A program made the translations under genes and the position numbers. A model generated the notes under the pieces. The model was not told the origin of the DNA. It worked only from the letters and a program-made list of their open reading frames with translations, and did no database searches. A stretch of 64,000 bases of DNA from Mobula hypostoma (taxonomy: Eukaryota): NCBI RefSeq assembly GCF_963921235.1, contig NC_086097.1, positions 33,978,001 through 34,042,000 on the forward strand, in the 5' to 3' direction. This document shows positions 23,702 through 33,660 of the stretch, one piece after another; within the stretch, counting starts at the first letter, position 1; the number at the start of each line of letters is the position of its first letter.

Positions 23702-25134
23702 ATGGAAGGTTTACAACCCCCACCAAAACTTCAGCTGACTGGCAACGTAGCTGAGAATTGGAGGATATTCAAACAACAGTTTGAAATATATTTATCGGCA
23801 ATCGGAGCTGATAGAAAAGTGGACAAAACTAACGCTGCAATCCTGCTCCATGTAATTGGGAATGACACAGTAGAGGTATATAACAATTTTGTCTTTGAAG
23901 ATGGAGATAATTTCAATTTGAAGTTGGTAAAGAACAGATCTGAAGTATTTTGTATACCTTAGTGTAATTTAACATATGAGCGATTTAAATACTTCACACG
24001 TGCGCAGAGAGCTACTGCAACAATCGATCAGTATGCGACTGAGTTAAGAAAGTGTAGTAGAATGTGTAAATTTGGATTGCTCACAGACTCTCTTATTAAA
24101 GATAGACTAGTTAGTGGCATTCGAAATAATGCACTGAGAGAAAGGCTTTTGCGTGAGCAAGATTTAAATTTTGAAAAAGCTTTCGCGCTCTGCAAAGCTT
24201 CTGAGACCGTAATGTCGCAGGCCGAAGAGCTTTTTGTCGAAAACTGCAATGTAAATGCCGTAAAAAAGCGCAAATATATCAAGATATATAATAATACGTC
24301 GACAAAACCAACAGGGAGTAAGACAGCGTTTGAAAGAAAAAAGTCATGTGATCGCTGTGTGTGGGAACATCGCCTAAATCAGTGTTTCGCATATGGCAAT
24401 ATTTGTTACAACTGGGTAAGATTAATAATTTTTCGCGCTGTTGTAGAAGTAGAAAGAAGGAAAATAAAATGAAACAAGTAAATGCAGTGATTGAAGATGA
24501 CCGTGAGGAATTTTATATCGATGCGCTTTATGAAAATGCTGACATGGAGAATATAAAAGCAGTAGATGCAGTGTCTGAGACGACCAAACAGGAGGCAATT
24601 GATGATTTGAAAAAGCATTGGGAGGAGGAGGTTGCTTCAGTGCAAGCCATAATGAAAGAGACACTGAGAGAATATGAGATTCAGTCTAATCACCGGCTAG
24701 AGCAAGAACACTCACAGTGGGCACAGTATAAGGAAGAAGTGAAAGCACAAGTGAAGGAATTGAGAAGTTGTATTGAAATGATGAAGTCGCAGCATGAAAA
24801 AGAGATTACACAGTTAATGAATGAATTAGATGAAGAAAAGAAGATTTGTATTTCATTACAAATGGAAGTGGAAGGAGATAGGAAAGATACAGTCCAAACA
24901 GAAGCAGGGAAGCAGATTGCTGAGGAAGATAGCATGAACTGTTTACCTGAAATTCCGGATTCTATCCAGGAGGCATGTGAGAGTATACCAAAAAGTTTAG
25001 TTGAGGTACACAAAGAAAAGCTTAAAGCAGAAAAGAAGAAGACAAAGAAGAATCACAAGAAGAGTCATGGCTCAGAGAGCGAAAAGCCATCTTCAGAGTT
25101 TCAGTTAGCTGATATAGATTTGTTTATTGGTTAA
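23702..25134 (+). pseudogene. Chimeric Gag-RABEP1-SH3KBP1 ORF (~477 aa reconstructed; one TAG at 23960-23962 and one 1-nt frameshift near 24413)
   Basis: Gag: LQLTGNVAENWRIFKQQFEIYL...IKDRLVSGIRNNALRERLLRE, then tandem CCHC knuckles (CDRCxxxHxxxxC; CYN[C][10 protein letters not shown]). The frame then stays open through host-like coiled coils to TAA at 25132-25134. Confidence 0.85.
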
Positions 25135-26226
25135 TGTTGTTATCTGTTTTTCTTTTTAAGGAAAGGAAGATGTGATTCTTCAGACGAATGCAGACGAATG
25201 CAGACGAGACAAAACATGTAAATAATAACAAGGAAACACAAGATCTGTGTGTACCACTTAGAAGGTCTACTCATGTTCGTAAACCCACAGAGAGACTGAT
25301 AGAGACTTGTTGAATTATGTATTTGCTTTGATTAACGTTGTTAATTATTTTTTTAAGGAAAGGAAGATGTGGTGATATCATGTGCAATGATGTGCCAGTA
25401 CACGATTGGACAGAGCACTGAGAATGCGCCAGGTTGCCAGAATGTTCCAGCACGTGGCTGGGTTAAGATGTGTTTGTTTATTACTGTAAATAAAAGTTCT
25501 CTAATTCTTCCAGAATAATATTCTTTACTGTTAACCCATGGTATGTTTAAACAGAAGTAACATAACAGAGATAAAGGGGGAATCTGATAGGAGATGGTAG
25601 AAGACCACAGGAGAATGGGAAAGGGGAGGAGCACCAGAGGAGGTGATGAGCAGGTAAAGAGATAAAGGAGATAAGGAGAGAGCAGGAAACAGGAATGGGG
25701 GAACAGTGAAGGAGTGGGGCCGGCGATTACTGGAAGTTCGAGAAATCGATGTTCATGCCATCAGGTATAAGGTGTTGCTCCTACAGCCTGGTTGTGGCCT
25801 CTTTGCGGAAGTAGAGGAGGCCATGGACCGTCATGTCAGATTGGGATTCAGAAGTAGAATTGAAATGGGTGGCTACTGGGAGATACTGCTTTTTCTGGCA
25901 GACGGAGTAATCTCCATATATCTTGATTCCCTTAAGAGTTATAAATCTTTCAAGACTTGCCTTGAATATACACAACAGATGAGCCTCCACAGCTCTTTAG
26001 GGAAGTAACTTCTAAAGAGGTGTTTTTGTGCTAAGTGGTTAACTCATTTTGCATCTGGGAAACTTGGTTCTAAGTACCTCATACCAGGGAAAGATCAACA
26101 CCTACTTCAGTGAGATCACCCCTTATTCTTCTAATTTTAAGAGTATAGGCCTAGTCTTAATCTCTCCAAGTATGACAAGTCTGCTAACCTGGGAATCAAT
26201 CTGTTGAACCTTCACTGCAATCCCTC

Positions 26227-26567
26227 AGCGTTTTCTTTCTTTTTTGCGTGTGTGTGCATGCGTATCTGTGCATGTGTGTCTGCGCATACGTGCGTGCGTG
26301 CATGCGTGTGCGATGTTGGCAGGATTGTGTCTTTTTTTTCATGCCTTTACAAGACGCGGAGCGAGAGAGAGAGACTGTGTGGTGCAGCACTCCCCACACA
26401 GACATTTCACAGTATTTTTCCCTTTATTTTATGAGGTCGAGTTGCGATCTCAACACTCAACCCGGCACGGATAGAAAGCGTACTCGGGAGCGGCTCCGAC
26501 TGGATTCGAACCCGGGAACCTTCGTTCCGGAGTCCAACGCTGATGTCATTGTGCCACCAGCCGGCCC
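26227..26567 (-). mobile_element. tRNA-derived SINE with (TG)-rich microsatellite near its tail
   Basis: Minus-strand head ggccggctggtggcacaatg...gggttcgaatcc (A and B boxes); degenerate TSD tcactgcaatccctc / tcaccgcaacccttc. Confidence 0.75.
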
Positions 26568-27932
26568 TCACCGCAACCCTTCAATATCCAAGCTACACGT
26601 TTCCTTAAGCAGGGAGGCCAAACATGCACACAGCAGTCCAGAAATGGACTCACCAGAGCATGGCAAATAGAAGCAAAATTCTACCTTCATCTCTCATTCT
26701 GCTTTCCTGTGCACTAAAAGAGGGCGAAACTGATTTCTCAAGCACGCAGGACCACTTTCTTACACTCAAAATACTAACAGTTTCAAAATCTTCTCTTGAA
26801 TGTTCACATTATACTGCCATACAGTTGCTTTGTCAGACAGTGCACTTTGGTGTGGATTGGCGTTCACTATGCAGTAAAATTATTCATTGCGGCAGAGGCT
26901 TAACCATAATTCATTTCTTGAGGACTGAAAGATTAATACATAAGTAGCAGTTAATGAATTATAGTAATCTTAATATTTTAATTATCTGCTTGATGATGCT
27001 ATTACTGTAAATGCTATATAATTTTTCTATTAATTATTGTAAAAAAAATCCACTCCTTTCAAATTTATCAGGCTAATTAGAAGAACACCACGAGCAAGTG
27101 TGACTAATTCCTGATGGCAGCTGAGAACAATTCCAGGATTCTGCGAAGTCCAGTCTTCTCTTGGAAAGTTACCTTAATGCATATCTTCCTCTTTCTGATT
27201 TTTACCAAAGAAACAGAAAGCTTTGACCTTTTTCCTAGATCGAAACTGGTGACTGAAACTCTCTTTTCTAACTAAATCAGTACAGAGCAACATTATTGAA
27301 AACAGAAGTCAATTGCTTACCGTTCTGTGAATTTTAAGAATGCTGTTAACTAGTTATGTTGAATCCCATATATTAAGACTACAGGATATAGAAAAAGATT
27401 TAGGGCATTCAGCTGATAGACTCTGCTCCACATATCATGGATAATATTTTGTCAACTCCATTCTCCTGCCTTCTTCCTGTTACCCTTAACCCTTTTACCA
27501 ATCAAGAACATATTAAATTCGCCTCAAATACACCCACTTCGGCAACAAATTCCACAGATTCACCACCCACTGACTGAAGAAATTGTTAATTTTAAATGAA
27601 GGTCCCTTAATCCTGTACCAATGGACACATCCTCTCCACATCTGTTCCATCCAGGCCTTTCAGTAGGTTTCAATGAGAACCCCGCTCAACCTTCTGAGCT
27701 CCATAAAGTATAAGCAGAGACATCAAATACTCTGAATGAATCCAGCCTTCCACTGGTTCCTCTCCAGAGCCAGTTTATCTTTCTTTAGAAACGAGGGCCA
27801 AAATTCCTTACAACATTCCAAACGCAGTCTAACAAACTCCTTATAAAGCTTCAGAAGTGCATCCTTGCTTTTATGTTCTGGTTCTCTCATACTGAATGCT
27901 AACGTTGCATTTGCCTTCTTTACTGCTAACTC

Positions 27933-29790
27933 CAAGTTCAAAGTTCAAAGTAAATTTAATATCAAAGTAGATATATGACACCATATCCAACCCTGAGATG
28001 CATTTTCTTGTGGGCATATTCGTAGATCCAAGGAACATAATAAAATCAATGAAAGACCATACCCAGCAGCGTGGACGAACAACTAATGTGCAAAAGACAA
28101 CAAACAGTGCAATTACAAAAATAAATGAATAAATAAATATTGAGAACACGAGATGAAGAGCCTTTGATAGTGAGTCCGTAGGCTGTGAGAATAGTTCAGT
28201 GATGGGGGGAGTGAAGTTGAGTAAAGTTGCCTCCTTTGATTGAAGAGCCTGATGGTTGAAGAGTAATAACTATTCTTGAACCTGGTGGTGTGGGTCCTGA
28301 GGCTTCTGCATCTTCTTCCTGATGGCAGCAGCAAGAAGAGAGCATGACCTGGGTAGTAGGGGTCCTTGATGATGGACGCAGCTTTCCTGTGACAACGCTC
28401 AGTGCAGATATGTTCAATGATAGGGATGGGTTCACCTGTGACGGACAAAACCATATCCACGACTTTTCATAGGATTTTCCTTTCAAGACCTTCAGTGTTT
28501 CCATACCAAGCTATGATGTAACCTGTCAATATATGCTTCACTGCACATTTGGGGAGAAGTTGGTCAACGTTTTAGATGTCATACCGAATCTTTGCAAGCT
28601 TCTAAGGAAGTAGAAGTGCTGCCATGTTTTCTTTAAAATTGCACTTGTGTGGTTGGCCCAGGACAGACTCTCTGAAATGATAACACCAAGGAATTGAGAG
28701 ATGCTGCCTGTCTACACCTCAGATCCCCTGGTGAGAACTGACCATAGACCTCCGCTTTCCTATTCCTGAAGTCAATAATCAATTCATTGGTCTTGCTGGC
28801 ATACAGTGAGAGATTATTGTTGTGGCATCACTCAGTCAGATTTTCAATATCCCTCCTTTATGCTGATTCACCACCATCTTTGATTCAGTCAACGACAGTG
28901 GTATTGTCAGCAAAGCAAAATATGGCATTTGAGCTGTGTTTAGCCACACATTCGTAAGTGTAAAGTGAGTCGAACGGGTTCTAAGTACCTGTGCTGATGG
29001 AGATAGTGGAGGAGATGTTGTTGCCAATCCAAACTGACTTAGGTCTGCAAGTGAGAAAATCAAGGATCCAATTGTACAAGGAATTTTGAATTTGAATTTG
29101 AATTTGAATTTGAATTGACTTTATTTCTTACATCCTTTACATACACGAGGAGTAAAAATCTTTACGTTACTTCTCTGTCTTGTGCAACCATAGTAAGTTA
29201 TAATAATTTATAATAAATAGAACAGCCACTGAAACATAAAAATACACTCAAATCAGCGTGAGTTAATCAGTCTGATGGCCTGGTGGAAGAAGCTGTCCCA
29301 GAGCCTGTTGGTCCTGGCTTTTATACTGCGGTACCATTTCCCAGATGGTAGCGGCTGGAATAGATTGTGGTTGGGGTGACTCGGGTCCCCAATGATCCTT
29401 CAGGCCCTTTTTACACACCTGTCTTTGTAAATGTTCTGAACCATGGGAAGTTCATAACTACAGATGCGCTGGGCTGTCCGCACCACTCTCTGCAGAATCC
29501 TGTGATTAAGGGAGATACAGATCAATTCTAGCCAGTTGATCAGTGACAGATCTTTAGAACTTGGTCAGGTACCCCAAGTGGGCTGGATGTTTTCTGTGGG
29601 TTCATTTCCTGAAGGATATTTTCACATCTTCCTCAGAGACTGAAATCATAGGGTCATCAGGGGTTGTGGGAGTTTGTAAGCGAGCATAGAAGGCATTGAG
29701 CTCATCTGGAACTGAAGCCTTGCTGTCACCTATGTCACTTGGCTTCACTTTGTAGAAGGTAAGAACATTCAAACCCTTCTATAGTTGTCC
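27933..29790 (-). mobile_element. Rex-like LINE fragments (at least two nested copies)
   Basis: KAASIIKDPYYPGHALFLLLPSGRRCRSLRTHTTRFKNSYY; (ttgaac)n tail at 27933 and (aattca)n tail at ~29083-29118. Confidence 0.8.
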
Positions 29791-30857
29791 AGCATCCTTC
29801 AGTGATTCAGTTTTGGTCTGGATTTGCCACTTTGCACATGAGATGGCTTTCTGGAGATCATACCTGGATCTTTCATGTCCTACTTGGCTGCCAGACTCTG
29901 ATCTGGCCCTCAGAGGATTGCATCCAGGGATTTTGGTTGGGGAAGACAGTGAATGATTCTGTGGGGACACACTCGGCTGCAACTGTTGCTAACAACCATG
30001 GAGAAATCGCTAGTTCATCAAGACAGTTCAAAAGAATGTTGCTTAAAGGGAAATTACAGGTTGCAGATTGCAAGACAAACCTGCAAGTTAACGTAAAGGA
30101 ACCTTGAACTAAGACTCCCAAATCTTTTTGCACCACTCATTTCTGAATTCTCTCCACATTTAGAAAATGGTCTCCACATTCATTCTTCCTCACAAAGTGT
30201 ATAATCCCACTCTCCCTATTCCGTATTCCACCTGCCACTTCCTGCCCACTCTTCCAACCCGTCTGTACACCCTTCTACAGAGCCCCTGTCCTCACAACAC
30301 TACCTGCCCCTCCACCTACCTTGGTACCATCCGCAAAGGTGGCCATGATGCTGTAAGTCCCTTTATCCAAATCATTAATGCATAACGTGAAATATTGCGG
30401 TCTGAACACTGTAGAGCTCCATTATTTGTGGACAGCTGTCTTGAAAAGGGCTCCTTTATGCCCAATCTCTGATTGCTGCTAGTCAGCTAATATTCTGTCT
30501 ATATTAGTACGTTGCCTCGCATACCATAGGCTCAACTTGTTTAAGAGCGTGGTGTGCAGCACCCTATCAAATGCCTTCTGATAATCCCCTTAACCAAATC
30601 ACATTGTCTTTACCCTATCTTAACATGAACTTCCAAATGGTCTTTAATTTCCTGTCTTTTGCGTCCCTCCCTACTTCAATGTTACATTTGTGATTGTCCA
30701 GTCCTCTGCACCCTCCCTGGCTCCAGTAATTCCTAAAAGATCACTACTAACACCTTCACAATCTCTGTCAGAACTCTGGTGTAACTCTAAATTGTCCAGG
30801 TGATTTATTAGCACCTTCTCCTGAGTAATGACCACTAAATTCAGCCCTGCGCCTTGA

Positions 30858-33245
30858 CACAGGCTGTATGATGTGGTGGTTGAGGAACAGTGGAAGACTT
30901 TCCAAGAGATTTTTCATGGTGCTCAGCAAAAGTGTATTCCAGTTAAAAGCACGGATGATAAGGGTGGGAGAGCCAGCCTTGGATAGCTAAGGAAATAAAA
31001 GAAGGCATCAAACTAAAAGCAAGTGCGTACAAAGTCGCCAAGTGTAGTGGGAAACTGGAAGATTGGGAAAACTTCAGATAGCATCTGGAAAGAAACCACT
31101 ACATGAGCAATAAAGAAAGGGAAAATAGTTTATGAAAATAAGCTAGCACAAGATATAAAAATGGATAGTAAACATTTTTATAATTATATAAAGTGGAAAT
31201 TGGTGGCCAAAGTGAACGTAGGTCGCTTGGAGGACGAGAAGGTGGAATTGATATTGGGTAATGAGGAAATGGCTGAGGCTTTGATTGACTATTTTGTTTT
31301 GGATTTTATGGTGGAGGACATGACTAACATGCCAAAGAGAGATGATATGGATGCAATGGGAGGTGAGAACCTCGAAACAATAGCTATCACTAAAGAGGTA
31401 GTGCTGAGCAAACTTGTGGGCCTGAAGATAGATAAGTCCCTGGTCCTGATGGAATGCATCCCAGGTTACTGAAAGAAATGGCAGAAGTTATAGTAGAGGT
31501 TTTGGTAATGATTTACCAAAATTCTCAGGACTCTGGGCAGGTCCCGGTTGATTGGAACACAGTGAATGTCACACCACTGTTCAAAAAAGGATATAGGCAA
31601 AAGGCATGTAACTATAGGCCAGTTAGTTTAACATCTGTAGTTGGGAAAATGCTTGAAGCTCTCATTAAATAAGAAATAGCGAGGCACCTGGAAAGAAATA
31701 GATCCATCAGACAGATGGATTCAGCAAAGGCAGGTCCTGTTTGACAAAATTAATGGAGTTCTTTGGGGATATAATGAGCGCAGTGGATAGAAGGGAACAG
31801 ATGGACATTATTTACTTGGACTTCCAGAAAGCATTCGATAAGGAGCCATATAAATGACTTAGCCATAAGATAAGGATGCATAGAGTTGGGGGTGATGTAT
31901 TAGCATGGATAGAGGATTGGTTAACTAATAGAAAGCAGAGAGTTGGGATACATTGGTGTTACTCTGGTTGGCAATCAGTAGTGAGCGGTTTGCCGCAGGG
32001 GTCGGTGTTGGGCCCACAACAGTTCATGATATACATTATTGATCTGGAAGAGTGGACCGAGTGTGGTGTAGCTAAGTTTTCTGTTTATACTAAATTGAGT
32101 CGAAAAGCAAATTGTGCAGAAAATATACAGAATCTGCAGAGAGATATAGATAGGTTAAGTGAATGGGCAAGGGTCCGGCAGATGGAATATGATGTTGGTA
32201 AATGTGAGGTCATCTACTTTGAAAGGAAAAATAGAATAACAGACTACTATTTAAATGGTAAAGAACTGCAGCACGCTGCTGTGCAGAGGGACTTGGGAGT
32301 GCTTGTGCATGAATCACAAAAGGTTGGTTTGCAGGTGCAGCAGGTTATCAAGAAGGCAAATGGAATGTTGGCCTTCATTGCTAGAGGGATTGAATTTAAG
32401 AGCAGGGAGGGCCGTACCCTCCAAATATCCGGACCTGCCTCTCGGTTTTTTTGCACTACCTTACTTCCCATTTTTCTATTTTCTATTTATGATATATAAT
32501 TTAAATTTTTAATATTTACTAATTTTAACTATTTTTAATATTTAATATTTGTAATCCAGGGAGTGTGAAGCGCAGATTCAAATATCGCTGTGATGATTGT
32601 ACGTTCTACTATTAATTGTTTGGTGACAATAAAGTATAAAGTATATTATGCTGCAATTGTACAGGGTACTGGTGAGGCCACACCTGGAGTATTGCATGCA
32701 GTTCTGTTCTTCTTACTTGAGGAAGGATATACTGGCTTTGGAGTTGGTGCAGAGGAGGTTCAGCAGGTTGATTCCAGAGATGAAGGGTTAGACTATGAGG
32801 AGAGATTGAGTCATGTAGGATTGTAGTCGCTGGAATTCAGAAGAATGAGAGGAGATCTAATAGAAACTTATAAAATTATGGAAGGGTGAGATAAGATAGA
32901 GGCAGGAAAATTGTTTCCACTGATAGGTGAGACTAGAACTGGGGACATAGCCTCAAGATTCGGGGGAGTAGATTTAGGACAGAAATGAGGAGGAACTGCT
33001 TTTGCCAGAGGGTGGTGAATCTGTGGAATTCTCTGCCCAATGAAGCAGTGAAGGCTACCTCAGTAAATATATTTAAGACAAGGTTGGGTAGATTTTTGCA
33101 TAGTAGGGGAATTAAGGGTTATGGAGAAAAGGCAGGTAGGTGGAGATGAGTCCATGGCCAGATCAGCCATGATCTTGTTGAATGGTGGAGCAGGCTCGAC
33201 AGGTCAGATGGCCTATTCCTGCTCCTATTTCTTATGTTCTTACGA
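30858..33245 (+). mobile_element. CR1 LINE, 5'-truncated, degenerate RT
   Basis: NYRPVSLTSVVGK, SGLPQGSVLGP; absent from the duplicate copy near 45063. Confidence 0.92.
32411..32644 (+). mobile_element. Rex-like 3' end nested in CR1
   Basis: Near-identical to the reverse complement of ~19080-19290; tail aaagtataaagtat. Confidence 0.85.
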
Positions 33246-33660
33246 CGCAGTCTTGAATTTCTGGCCAGTTACTAGTGTTACTAATGCTAAGTACTTACTT
33301 AGCTCCTCCGCCATTTCTCTGTTCCTCAATAGTGCTTCTCCAGTGTTATTTTCCAGTGGTCCAATAACCACTCTAGCCTCTCTCTTGCCTTTTATGTATC
33401 TAACTATCCTTATGTTCCTTTAGTATTGTTCTGTTTCAGGTTTTTACTTGAAGATGATTAAAAAACAATCACGCTATTTTTTTCAAATGCCACGTATGAT
33501 TTGTTATGTACTTTCTCCAGATAATTAATGTGAAGAAAATATGGAACAATCGGTACCATTCTTGTTCCTGAGTCACAGGGCTGAGGGCTCAAGACTCACT
33601 TCAGAGACTTGAGCCAGTGTTCACTGATTTTTATAGATTCCCTCACAAGAACTAATCATG

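Larger units (their letters stand above)
23399..25567 (+). mobile_element. Complete non-autonomous Ty3/Gypsy-type LTR element (gag only, with captured host sequence)
   Basis: TG...CA LTRs at 23399-23595 and 25368-25567; TSD gagat at 23394-23398 and 25568-25572; PBS directly after the 5' LTR; PPT aaggaaaggaaga at 25355-25367; no protease, RT or integrase. Confidence 0.95.
23133..25905 (-). mobile_element. Penelope-like 3' fragment split by the LTR element (23133-23398 and 25573-25905)
   Basis: Minus strand gives LPVATHFNSTSESQSDMTVHGLLY (endonuclease C-terminus) and the same 3' end as 43331-44602. Confidence 0.75.
27380..33420 (-). mobile_element. Old fragmented CR1 (pieces ~27380-27930, 30080-30857, 33250-33420)
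   Basis: Minus strand gives KKANATLAF...LLKLYK; colinear pieces are separated by younger insertions. Confidence 0.7.

Noticed and set aside
24361..25134. Stand-alone RABEP1 or SH3KBP1 gene or processed pseudogene
   Set aside because: Only short fragments, with no poly-A or own TSD, enclosed by LTRs and fused to gag.
25181..25207. CRISPR-like or other spaced repeat array (also 10928-11130)
   Set aside because: Simple tandem repeats without unique spacers, in vertebrate DNA.
26490..26566. tRNA-Arg-like gene on the minus strand
   Set aside because: Imperfect cloverleaf followed by a SINE body, tail and TSD; it is a SINE head.
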